A program made the translations under genes and the position numbers. DNA of 33,101 bases, taken from contig JAGCFA010000064.1 in the NCBI GenBank assembly GCA_017650375.1, forward strand, positions 1 to 33,101. Reading direction: 5' to 3'. The notes below the pieces were generated by a model. It was not told where the DNA came from, did not search any database, and worked only from the letters and a program-made list of their open reading frames with translations. How positions within the stretch are numbered: the stretch's first letter is position 1; the number at the start of each line of letters is the position of its first letter. Positions 9,138-17,787 of the stretch are shown here, piece after piece. This DNA comes from Alphaproteobacteria bacterium (GTDB lineage Bacteria; Pseudomonadota; Alphaproteobacteria; CAAHEQ01; UBA3637).

Positions 9138-9995
9138 TTAATCTTCTTCAGATGAGTTTTGTCGATGTTCGGCAGCCAGAACAACATTTTCTAATAACAT
9201 GGCTACTGTCATTGGGCCAACCCCGCCGGGGACGGGCGTTATTGCACTAGCAATACCTAAAACATCTTCTGTTTTAACATCTCCAGACAAATGGCCATCA
9301 GGCATTTTAGAAATACCAACATCAATAACAATAGCCCCAGGTTTAATGTCTGCCCCCCCAATTAATCCGGGATGGCCTGTTGCAACCACCAAAATGTCTG
9401 CTTTTTGGGTCAAGTCCGTCAGATTATGTGTCTTTGAATGGGTTTGAATAACGGTACAATGTTTTGCTAATAATAATTGAAATAAAGGTTTTCCGACTAA
9501 ACGAGAACGCCCCACAATCACAGCTAATTTCCCAGCCAAATCTGGTTCAACGGATTCGATCAGCTCTATACAGGCTTGTGGAGTACAGGGGATCATTTGT
9601 GGACGGCCACTTAAAAGACACCCCAGATTGAAACTGGTCAGTCCATCCACATCCTTTGATGGAAGAATGGCTTCTAAAACATCCGATTCGTCAATATGTT
9701 TTGGAAGAGGAAGTTGTACTAAAATACCATCTGCATCGACGGAATGATTTAGTTGACCAATTAAAGCCAACAAATCGTCCTGAGAGCTTGTTTCTGGCAA
9801 ATGGTGTGTGGTAACTTGAATGCCGACAGATGCTCCAGCTAATTCCTTATGATGTACATAAATGCGGCTGGATGGGTTATTTCCAACCCAAATAACATGC
9901 AAATGAGGAGGCGTTACCAAAGCCTCAACACGTTTTTTTAATTCAGCCCGTTTCTGATTGGCCAAAGCCTTCCCATCAATAATTTGTGTTTGCAT
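9138..9995 (-). CDS. folD: Bifunctional methylenetetrahydrofolate dehydrogenase/cyclohydrolase
   Basis: 285 aa. IIDGKALANQKRAELKKRV, GILVQLPLPKHID, VIVGRSRLVGKPL, TPVPGGVGPMTVAMLLENV. Confidence 0.95.
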   Translation of the reverse strand: MQTQIIDGKALANQKRAELKKRVEALVTPPHLHVIWVGNNPSSRIYVHHKELAGASVGIQVTTHHLPETSSQDDLLALIGQLNHSVDADGILVQLPLPKHIDESDVLEAILPSKDVDGLTSFNLGCLLSGRPQMIPCTPQACIELIESVEPDLAGKLAVIVGRSRLVGKPLFQLLLAKHCTVIQTHSKTHNLTDLTQKADILVVATGHPGLIGGADIKPGAIVIDVGISKMPDGHLSGDVKTEDVLGIASAITPVPGGVGPMTVAMLLENVVLAAEHRQNSSEED

Positions 9996-9996
9996 A

Positions 9997-11169
9997 TTAC
10001 TCCTTGTATTCTATGACCGCTGCACGCTTTTCTGCTTCTAATAAACGGCGAGATAACAATTCCATCTGTTCCATTTCTAATTGTGTTCGTATTTCTTCTT
10101 CTGTAGGAATGACGCGTTGAGATTTGATTTGACACTTCATAAAAAACATTTGACCTTGCGGTATGCGAACGGGGCCTACTGATTCGTTAATAGCAGCATC
10201 TTCCATTAAATTTTTAAGATCATCCGGTAATTGTGCAGGATCCACCCACCCTTGTTGGATAGAAGAATTAATCCCTTCTTTTTTTAGAGCTTGTATAAAA
10301 GAGGAACAATTTTTAGCAGCCATGATAGAGTCATAAGAATCTCCCTCGTTTTGCCCTCCTTGAGCCAATTCCCAAATTAAGACAGAGTCTGTTTTGATGG
10401 CTCGTTTTTTATCAATCATTGCCAACAAAAAGTAACCATTATTGCCAGCCAAAGGACGCGATAGTTGTCCCACGGGCATTTCCCGTAAAACAGGAGCAAT
10501 TTCCGGACCATAATGATTTTCTTCAACAACGCCCACATAACCGCCAGCAGAAGCAGATTTGGCTTTTGAAAATTGTCGAGCTGTTTCAGAAAAGGAAACT
10601 TGTCCGGAATGTAATTGTTGCCATAAATTTTGAGCTTCTTCTAGGGTTGGAACAAAAATCTCGGCAACGGTATATCGAGAAGAAGCCATGTCTTCCTTGA
10701 TGTGTTCCAATCGAGCATGAATCGCCGGTTCAGGGACTTGTTCGGTGACGACATCAGATTGAGAGCGAACATACCTTAACCAAATCAAATCAGCTTGTAC
10801 TTGATTACGCAAGGTTTCAATGGGAATGTCGGCATCATCCAACAGGCGTTTTAAGCCACCAACGGACATCCCGTTTTGTTGTTCTAAATGGATGATGGCG
10901 TCTTCTATTTCATTTTCTTTTAAGACGATGTTGCTAGTCAAGCCTTTTTGTATTTTTAGCATTTCTTCAACAAGGTTGTTCAAAACAGCTTTATCAAACA
11001 CATCTTCTGGCATTTCTTCATAGACAGAGGGTTGCTGAGCTTTTAATAATCGTCCATGCATAATGACATCCCTATCAAAAATGGGAGTGTCGTTTACAAT
11101 AGCGCGTAAAGTGCCCGCATACGCAGGAAGAGCAAACAAACAAAGAAGAGTTACGAAAAATTTTTTCAT
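9997..11169 (-). CDS. surA: SurA-like periplasmic chaperone / parvulin-type peptidyl-prolyl isomerase
   Basis: 390 aa. Signal peptide MKKFFVTLLCLFALPAYA, a SurA-type N-terminal region and one parvulin-like segment (GGYVGVVEENHYGPEIAPVLREMPVGQLSRPLAGNNGYFLLAMIDKK). Its start overlaps the lptD stop by 1 nt (TAATG), the usual lptD-surA order. Confidence 0.75.
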   Translation of the reverse strand: MKKFFVTLLCLFALPAYAGTLRAIVNDTPIFDRDVIMHGRLLKAQQPSVYEEMPEDVFDKAVLNNLVEEMLKIQKGLTSNIVLKENEIEDAIIHLEQQNGMSVGGLKRLLDDADIPIETLRNQVQADLIWLRYVRSQSDVVTEQVPEPAIHARLEHIKEDMASSRYTVAEIFVPTLEEAQNLWQQLHSGQVSFSETARQFSKAKSASAGGYVGVVEENHYGPEIAPVLREMPVGQLSRPLAGNNGYFLLAMIDKKRAIKTDSVLIWELAQGGQNEGDSYDSIMAAKNCSSFIQALKKEGINSSIQQGWVDPAQLPDDLKNLMEDAAINESVGPVRIPQGQMFFMKCQIKSQRVIPTEEEIRTQLEMEQMELLSRRLLEAEKRAAVIEYKE

Positions 11170-14100
11170 TATTTTCCCCCTAATGTTTTCAGATAAAGAC
11201 GAAAGTTAACCGAGGTATTACCGCGATAATTTCTGTCCTTTGTAAAGGATTTACTGACACCCATTTCAAAGGTAGTACACTCATTATCATACCGCAAGAG
11301 CGCTTCGCTCTCTAAAGGTCCTTTTTTGTCTTTTAGTAAATTATAACGATAGCGCGCTTCTGTTGAAAAGTTTTTTGTGAGTTGTGAACGTCCGAAAAAT
11401 GTAATCTCTTTTTCTTCGTCAAATTTTTGTTGTCCCAATCGATAAGAGTCTTGAAATAAATAATTAATCCCCAGACGCAAAGGGGCTGCTCCCACTTCAA
11501 AATGCAATTCATTTTTGTGGGCTTTCCAATTCCGTTGATTAAAGCGGAAACGATATCCCAAATTAACCCATCGATGTGTCATTTGTAAACGGCCGACATA
11601 ATTTGAAACGTGATTGTCGTATCCCATCACTTCTTTCATTTCATTTTCATCGCGCAAAACATACGTTTGTCCAAACAAAGCCTGAAAAGAAGGGCCATCG
11701 TTGCGACCATAAGCTGACCACTTCAGGCCGTAGTTAACGCGTGTTCCTGTTTCAATTCGATCGTATCCAGTAAACCGATTTGTCGAAAATAAATTGGTAT
11801 CCGAAAAATCAAAGACAGAACTGTCAACATTTGGGATGCGTGACGGATTACTACCATTCGGTGCCACAATAATTTGGACGACTGGTTCAACTATTTGTGT
11901 TAAGAAATCTCCGCTTTGAGCTAGTGGATAACCGACGGTTAAGATCGCTTGAGGAATGACGCGCCCCGCTAAATAAGAATCATTTTTGGCTTTGTTGGCA
12001 ATATCGTAGTTGCCGGTATCAATAGAGTAGGCATCCATACGCATATTGGCTTCTGCTAGGACAGTTATTCCCCACGAACTGATATAGGGAAGTTTTATCC
12101 CTTGGGTTAAAGATAGTCGATTGGACTTAAAATGATCTCGATTATTAATTAAAGCTGTATCGGCGGATGAAAAAGCATATAAACCGTTTTCATTTAATGG
12201 AGCCGTTGTATAGTCTACGTGGGCAATAGGTAAAACAATGGGAATAGAAGTTGGAGAAACATCCTCATATAAACTTTGAAAATTTAAAACTTCAGCACTT
12301 CCTTGCAAACGCGTTCCATAATATTCCCCGCCCAAATGTGAGGTCAGAAAAGAATCTGTTTCTGTTACACCTTCAATTTTATAACGTCTAAAATAGGTGT
12401 CTGAAGTTGTTCGATAATATTGCCCCGAAAAACGCCATTCAGAGTTTGGATTATATTTAAAAGCCGCTTTGATGTGTCCCTGATTTGCCCCATTATCATC
12501 TCGGGTTAAACTGGCATCCATATCCATTTTCCCTTCAGTAAACAATCCTTGGTACTTTAATAATCCCAAAGGATCGTGTGTAGCCGAAATTTGAGGGGTA
12601 ATCGTTAAATTCTGATTGTCTGAGAAATTAACAAAAAAAGGCGTGCTAACATGGCTCTTCATTTCAGAATTGCTTCCAAAAGATGGAAGCAAAAAGCCTG
12701 TTTTGCGTTTGACAGTTGGATCAGGCATTTGAAAGTAAGGAAACCAAGCAATGGGAACGTCCTTTACCTTAAAAAAAGTATTCCAAAATCGTATCGTTTG
12801 TGCTGGCTCATCTTCTTCAATTGTGTTTGCTGAAATGCGCCAAAGTGGAGATTTTCCTTCGCAAACATCACAGGGGGTATAACTGGCATTTTCAAAGACC
12901 GTTTCCTTACCAAAATCACGACGAATAATTTTATCTGTAAACAAGTGTGTTCCATCCGTAAAATTAACTTCTGCATCCCCCGTTGTCAATTCTCCTTCTT
13001 TTGGAAAAATATGAATCTGTCCTGTTTTAGCCTTTGTTCCATCTGCTAAAGTTAATAAAGCTTTCTCTGGAATATGAACGATGTTCTGAGTCTTGTCATA
13101 CCGGATTTCTTCTGTTTGAACAATAGATCCATTTTGATTTAAAATCACATTACCAGATGCGGTTACAATTCCTGTTTTTTGGTTAAAACTTAAATGATCT
13201 GATTCAAAGTCCACAGGCTGATCTTTTTGGATGTCGGTATCTATCTTGGGCATAGCTTGTGCTGTTCCTGCCAATAAAAGTACCATTATCCAAACAAACA
13301 ATCCCTTCTTAATAAATTTTTTTCCTTGTTCACGCTTAAAAAGAAAAAGAACAATCCAAATGGGAATCATAACATTGAGCAATATTAGTATTGAAAACCA
13401 CAAATTTTTGCTGGTCATTTTATAAAAGAACAATTCTAAGGTTTGAACTAATAAAGCAACCCCCACAATAAAATTAATATGTCCCGAATTTCCTTGTCGA
13501 TTATATGTTCCTAATAAAACAGCAGATAAAGCCAGCAGAGCAAAAACAAAATTATAAAGCGGCATGAAAAGACGTTCAAAAGCTTCCACTTTATATTTAC
13601 GCCATGCGGGGATATTTTTTGCTTTGTCTTTCGGTAAATTTAATAAATACCAAACCCCCATTTCAAGTGCATCTTTATTACGCGCTCCTGCTTTTCGTTT
13701 TTGATCCGAAAAACTCATGGTATATTTATCAAATTTTAAAATAGAAAACTGATTTGTTTTCGTGTCATACTCTTGGCGAACACCTTTGCCAAAAACAATG
13801 TCCAATCCTTCGGGGGTTTGGAACAGGTTGCCACTATCGGCCACTAAAGTTGTTTTTTTACTGTTTTTGATCTCATAGGCTAAAATACCCTTCACGCCTC
13901 CATTGGGTAAGCGTTCTCGCACATAAACCATTTTGCCTTTGCCAAAAGAATTAAACTGTCCTTCTTGTAATAAAACATGAGATAAATTGTTTTGGATTTT
14001 CCACTTCATTTCGCGAATTTCACCAATGCTCCAAGGAATAACGAAAAAACTTAAAATGTATCCCAAAACAGTTAACACGCTTGCCATTATTAAAACAGGA

Positions 14101-14402
14101 CGCATCATTTGTTTGCTGCTCATCCCTATCGCTTTTAAAACCATCAACTCTTTATCCGATTGCATTCTGATAAAAGTAAATAATGTGACAGCAAACAAGG
14201 CAAGAGGCATTAAAATTTGTAAAAAGTATGGCATGACTAAAAAGGTCATTTTTAAGAAGATCCACACAGAAACGCCTTTTGTCACAATCATATCAATCAT
14301 TTTTAAAGATTGACTCAACCAAACCAAAACCGCCAGACTCACTAAAATCAAAGTGAATCCGATTATTAGCTGACGCAAAATGTATTTATCAACAATCTTC
14401 AT
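11169..14402 (-). CDS. lptD: Single ORF fusing an LptF/LptG-family LPS export permease (aa 1 to about 358) to LPS-assembly protein LptD (aa about 360-1077, with its own signal peptide)
   Basis: 1077 aa with no internal stop. The N-terminal part has the YjgP/YjgQ layout: MKIVDKYILRQLIIGF..., three helices, a soluble insert, then three helices. The junction KKFIKKGLFVWIMVLLLAGTAQA|MPKID looks like a Sec signal peptide. An OstA-like N-domain (DHLSFNQKTGIVTASGNVILNQNG) follows, then a long beta-barrel region (VKRKTGFLLPSFGSNSEMK...). Confidence 0.8.
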   Translation of the reverse strand: MKIVDKYILRQLIIGFTLILVSLAVLVWLSQSLKMIDMIVTKGVSVWIFLKMTFLVMPYFLQILMPLALFAVTLFTFIRMQSDKELMVLKAIGMSSKQMMRPVLIMASVLTVLGYILSFFVIPWSIGEIREMKWKIQNNLSHVLLQEGQFNSFGKGKMVYVRERLPNGGVKGILAYEIKNSKKTTLVADSGNLFQTPEGLDIVFGKGVRQEYDTKTNQFSILKFDKYTMSFSDQKRKAGARNKDALEMGVWYLLNLPKDKAKNIPAWRKYKVEAFERLFMPLYNFVFALLALSAVLLGTYNRQGNSGHINFIVGVALLVQTLELFFYKMTSKNLWFSILILLNVMIPIWIVLFLFKREQGKKFIKKGLFVWIMVLLLAGTAQAMPKIDTDIQKDQPVDFESDHLSFNQKTGIVTASGNVILNQNGSIVQTEEIRYDKTQNIVHIPEKALLTLADGTKAKTGQIHIFPKEGELTTGDAEVNFTDGTHLFTDKIIRRDFGKETVFENASYTPCDVCEGKSPLWRISANTIEEDEPAQTIRFWNTFFKVKDVPIAWFPYFQMPDPTVKRKTGFLLPSFGSNSEMKSHVSTPFFVNFSDNQNLTITPQISATHDPLGLLKYQGLFTEGKMDMDASLTRDDNGANQGHIKAAFKYNPNSEWRFSGQYYRTTSDTYFRRYKIEGVTETDSFLTSHLGGEYYGTRLQGSAEVLNFQSLYEDVSPTSIPIVLPIAHVDYTTAPLNENGLYAFSSADTALINNRDHFKSNRLSLTQGIKLPYISSWGITVLAEANMRMDAYSIDTGNYDIANKAKNDSYLAGRVIPQAILTVGYPLAQSGDFLTQIVEPVVQIIVAPNGSNPSRIPNVDSSVFDFSDTNLFSTNRFTGYDRIETGTRVNYGLKWSAYGRNDGPSFQALFGQTYVLRDENEMKEVMGYDNHVSNYVGRLQMTHRWVNLGYRFRFNQRNWKAHKNELHFEVGAAPLRLGINYLFQDSYRLGQQKFDEEKEITFFGRSQLTKNFSTEARYRYNLLKDKKGPLESEALLRYDNECTTFEMGVSKSFTKDRNYRGNTSVNFRLYLKTLGGK

Positions 14403-15306
14403 TTTTATCCTTAGAGCTACTATTATACGCTAAAGGATGAGATTTTTCAACAATCTTTTTTAATCGATCAGGCAAAATATGGGTGTAAATTTCTGTTGTA
14501 GCGATATCCGCATGTCCAAGCATCTTTTGAACGGAGCGCAAATCGGCATTGTGTGCCACCAAATGCGAAGCAAAGGAATGACGGAAAACATGCGGAAAAA
14601 CTTTTTCAGGATCAAGACCAATTTCAAGCGCTAATTTTTTTAACTCCTTAAAAAAAGCGCCACGTGTTAAATGGCCCGACTTTGAAAGAGAAGACGGAAA
14701 CAGCCATTTAGAAGGACGTTTTAATTTTCTCTCACGACAAATCAGCCAAGAAAGAAGCGCTTTTGTTGCATGCTCATTTAAAGGAACGAGGCGTTCTTTA
14801 GAACCTTTGCCCACAACAAACAAATGTTTTTCGGTTGGGTTAAAGGCGGTCAAAGGCAAGCCGACCAATTCGCTGACGCGTAATCCAGATGCATAAACAA
14901 GCTCCATTAAAGTATAAAGTCGCACATTTTCCGCCTTGGCCGAATAAATAAGATCTAATACCTCTTTTTCCGTAAGATATTTGGGAAGACTTTTGGGTAT
15001 TTTTGGGCTTTCCACATAATCACATGGATTTTCTTTAACCCAATTTTCTGAATAAGCAAAACGGTAAAATTCACGAATAGCAGATAAATGCCTTCCTTGC
15101 GTTTTAGGAGAAGCTTGTTGTTTTTGCAAATAGTCTAGGTAGCCCTTTAAATGTATACCTTCCAATTCAAACAAATCCAAATTTGTTCTGTCTAAATAAG
15201 CTTCAAAATCGATTAAGTCACGTTGATAAGCCACAATTGTATTCGGGGAGGCGCCACGTTCGGCCCGCATCATTTCTAAAAAAGCATCTATGCGCGGATG
15301 GAGCAT
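14389..15306 (-). CDS. xerD: Site-specific tyrosine recombinase XerD
   Basis: 305 aa. ERGASPNTIVAYQRDL, LVYASGLRVSELVGL, GKGSKERLVPL, HVFRHSFASHLVAHNADLRSVQKMLGHADIATTEIYTH (R-H-R-Y catalytic set). Confidence 0.9.
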   Translation of the reverse strand: MLHPRIDAFLEMMRAERGASPNTIVAYQRDLIDFEAYLDRTNLDLFELEGIHLKGYLDYLQKQQASPKTQGRHLSAIREFYRFAYSENWVKENPCDYVESPKIPKSLPKYLTEKEVLDLIYSAKAENVRLYTLMELVYASGLRVSELVGLPLTAFNPTEKHLFVVGKGSKERLVPLNEHATKALLSWLICRERKLKRPSKWLFPSSLSKSGHLTRGAFFKELKKLALEIGLDPEKVFPHVFRHSFASHLVAHNADLRSVQKMLGHADIATTEIYTHILPDRLKKIVEKSHPLAYNSSSKDKNEDC

Positions 15307-15311
15307 TTTGA

Positions 15312-15461
15312 TTAATCTGCTTCGAAAACGATTGTTTTTTGAATGGTTTGAGGCGTTGGATCAAAACGGTAAAAACAAGCGATTAACACCGATCCCAATA
15401 ACAAAATTCCGAAGACGATAAGTCCCCAAGGCTTTCTTTTTTTTGATTCTGTAAAACGCAT
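15312..15461 (-). CDS. Candidate 49-aa single-pass membrane protein leading the xerD operon (below the ORF-track size cut-off)
   Basis: Own translation: MRFTESKKRKPWGLIVFGILLLGSVLIACFYRFDPTPQTIQKTIVFEAD. GGAGG lies 4 nt upstream of the ATG, and the TAA lies 5 nt before the xerD ATG. Confidence 0.45.
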   Translation of the reverse strand: MRFTESKKRKPWGLIVFGILLLGSVLIACFYRFDPTPQTIQKTIVFEAD

Positions 15462-15475
15462 TTTTCCTCCTGAGC

Positions 15476-15504
15476 TGGACAATTTCGAAAAAACATGTTA
15501 TAGT
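15476..15504 (+). promoter_or_regulatory. Sigma-70-type promoter positioned for a leaderless aroK transcript
   Basis: TGGACA (15476-15481), 17-nt spacer, TATAGT (15499-15504). The aroK ATG begins 7 nt after the -10 element, and no purine-rich SD precedes it. Confidence 0.45.
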
Positions 15505-15510
15505 TATAGC

Positions 15511-16071
15511 ATGAGTCAAAAATTATTACAACCAAAAATTCTGTTGTTGGTCGGGATGATGGGATCCGGCAAGACCAGTGTAGGGCGTATGTTGGCTAAA
15601 AAATTGGGTCTCCCATTTGTTGACAGTGATAAAGAAATTGAAAAATCAACAGGTTTCACTATATCGGATTTATTTGCTCGTTATGGGGAAAAAGAATTTC
15701 GTAAAGGGGAAGAAAAAGTCATGGCGCGTCTTTTGGCTGGTAAACCGTGTGTTTTGTCATCGGGTGGGGGAGCCTTTTTGTCCGAAAACACGCGTAAATT
15801 GGCCAAACAATCGGCACTTTCTATCTGGATAAAAGTAGATGCAGAAGTGATTTCGAATCGAACACAAGGACGAACACATCGTCCATTGGTACCTTCGGCA
15901 GACAACCAAAAAATTATTCAAAAATTCTTTCAAAAATCAGCTCCTTTATTTGCGGAAGCAGATATAACGGTAAATTCATTTGATGAACACCCCTCTAAAA
16001 CAGTCATCCGATTATTAAAGGAATTAGAAAATTTAAAAATTATTACACCCTATCATCCAAAGAGGTTTTAA
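15511..16071 (+). CDS. aroK: Shikimate kinase
   Basis: 186 aa. Walker A LVGMMGSGKTSVGRMLA, FVDSD, LSSGGGAF, and the typical length. Confidence 0.9.
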   Translation: MSQKLLQPKILLLVGMMGSGKTSVGRMLAKKLGLPFVDSDKEIEKSTGFTISDLFARYGEKEFRKGEEKVMARLLAGKPCVLSSGGGAFLSENTRKLAKQSALSIWIKVDAEVISNRTQGRTHRPLVPSADNQKIIQKFFQKSAPLFAEADITVNSFDEHPSKTVIRLLKELENLKIITPYHPKRF

Positions 16072-17339
16072 TGGAATATATTATTTTGTTTGTTTTGTTG
16101 ATGTTTTCCTTTTTCTTTTCTGGGACAGAAACCGCGTTAACGGCTGTTTCTTTGCCTTTACTAAGCGGGCGCGCTGAAAGCGGTGATAAGAAAGCCAAAA
16201 TTTTAATGGAAATGAAACAAAAGCCGGATACTCTGTTGGGTACTTTATTGCTAGGAAACAATATTGTTAACATTGCATTAACTGCGCTATCTACCAGTTT
16301 ATTAATCAGTATCTTCGGAGCGCGTTGGGGGGTATGGATTTCCACCTTTTTGGTAAGTTTTATTGTCCTTGTTTTTTCTGAGATTTTGCCCAAAACATAT
16401 GCTATGCAAATGGCAACATCTGTTTCATTTTGTGTGGCGTGGCCGTTATACATTCTGATTAAGATTTTTTCCCCAGTGGTACGTGCATTGAATTGGATCA
16501 GTCGTAAAGCCTTGAAAATATTGCCCAAGCAAAAACAAACAACACCGGATGAAGAAGCTGTAAAAGAAGAATTGCGAGGGACACTTTCATTGCAAAAAAA
16601 AGACGATGTTTTGCGTCGAGAAAAAGGAATGTTGGCCAGCGTTTTGGATTTATCAGAAGTGACATTGGGCGATATTTTGGTGGATCGGTCACGCGTTTCC
16701 AGTTTAAGTGTGGACACGCCTGTTTTGGAAATTTTGGAAACGCTTTCAAAAACACCATATTCCCGCATCCCTTTATTCCAAGGACGTCGTGATAATATCG
16801 TAGGTGTTTTACATATTAAAAAGGCACTGAAGTTAAAAACAGATTTTGAAAAAAACAAAAACGTAAACATCTTGGATTATTGCACCAAGCCACATTTTGC
16901 TTTAAATACAGTAACCGTCTTGGATCAATTAAGTGTTTTTCGTCGACATAGAGATCATTTTTCCGTTGTCGTGAACGAATACGGAGATGTACTAGGGGTT
17001 GTGACATTACAAGATATTTTGGAAGAAATTGTTGGGGATTTGTCCGATGAAACGATAGGGGCAAAACCTGCCGCAGTCAATTGGACATTGCTCCCAGACG
17101 GGACATATCGGTTGAATGGGAACGCCACTATCCGAGATGTGAATCGTGCTTTTCATTGGAATTTGCCGGATGAAAATGCTGCGACAATCGCAGGATTGCT
17201 GATGTATTTTACTGAAAAAATTCCGGAAGAAGGGCAACAATTTGATTTAGATGGTTGGACTTTTACCGTTGCACGCCGTGATAAAAACCGCTTGACTCAA
17301 ATTGATATTTTACCCCCGAAGGAAAAATCTAATGATTGA
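16071..17339 (+). CDS. CNNM/DUF21-CBS-CorC_HlyC family transporter (TlyC/CorC-like, hemolysin family protein)
   Basis: 422 aa. N-terminal DUF21 membrane domain (FFFSGTETALTAVS), a CBS pair and a C-terminal CorC/HlyC domain (YRLNGNATIRDVNRAF...TIAGLLMYFTEKIPEEGQQFDLDGWTFTV). The start overlaps the aroK stop (TAATG). Confidence 0.88.
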   Translation: MEYIILFVLLMFSFFFSGTETALTAVSLPLLSGRAESGDKKAKILMEMKQKPDTLLGTLLLGNNIVNIALTALSTSLLISIFGARWGVWISTFLVSFIVLVFSEILPKTYAMQMATSVSFCVAWPLYILIKIFSPVVRALNWISRKALKILPKQKQTTPDEEAVKEELRGTLSLQKKDDVLRREKGMLASVLDLSEVTLGDILVDRSRVSSLSVDTPVLEILETLSKTPYSRIPLFQGRRDNIVGVLHIKKALKLKTDFEKNKNVNILDYCTKPHFALNTVTVLDQLSVFRRHRDHFSVVVNEYGDVLGVVTLQDILEEIVGDLSDETIGAKPAAVNWTLLPDGTYRLNGNATIRDVNRAFHWNLPDENAATIAGLLMYFTEKIPEEGQQFDLDGWTFTVARRDKNRLTQIDILPPKEKSND

Positions 17340-17787
17340 AAAATATTTTGAAATTTGCAAATTGATAGATGACGCACGTGAATCACTGATGTCACGCTTG
17401 GAAAAAATTCAAAAAATAATTCAAGATCCAAACTTTAAATATCAAAAAGAAGCTTGTCCACAAATTATGACAGGCACTTTGGCTAGTAGTTCTTATTGGT
17501 TGCGTCTGGATTTTTTTGACGAAAGCTGCCTCTGTCAAAAAAAGCCTAAAGATGGAATCCAACAGCTCCATTTAAAACTTTTGGATATTGGTTGTGCATT
17601 AATGAATAAAGGATTTCCCTTGGAATATCATCCAGAAAAGTATAAAGAAAAGGGGCCAGATCAATTAGGTCCTTATGTCAAAGCATTTGTGGAACAATGT
17701 CATAAAAGGCATGCCTTTTTACATGGAACAATAGCTCATAAAAAAAGGACCGCTATCAATCCTATCCCCCAAAAAACATTCGCTTAA
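17332..17787 (+). CDS. Hypothetical protein, 151 aa, no recognisable family
   Basis: ATG at 17332 overlaps the preceding TGA (AATGATTGA) and follows GAAGGAAAAA. I prefer it to the track start at 17302. Soluble and Cys/His-containing; no motif recognised. Confidence 0.5.
   Translation: MIEKYFEICKLIDDARESLMSRLEKIQKIIQDPNFKYQKEACPQIMTGTLASSSYWLRLDFFDESCLCQKKPKDGIQQLHLKLLDIGCALMNKGFPLEYHPEKYKEKGPDQLGPYVKAFVEQCHKRHAFLHGTIAHKKRTAINPIPQKTFA

Noticed and set aside
16043-16870. Strikingly long (275-aa) minus-strand ORF antisense to the aroK 3' end and the transporter gene
   Set aside because: Its frame is offset so that stops arise only where sense Tyr, His or Gln codons follow T- or C-ending codons. 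The sense region is a membrane domain poor in those residues. The product is Ser/Lys/Phe-rich low complexity, it lacks an SD, and the sense genes have unambiguous homology.
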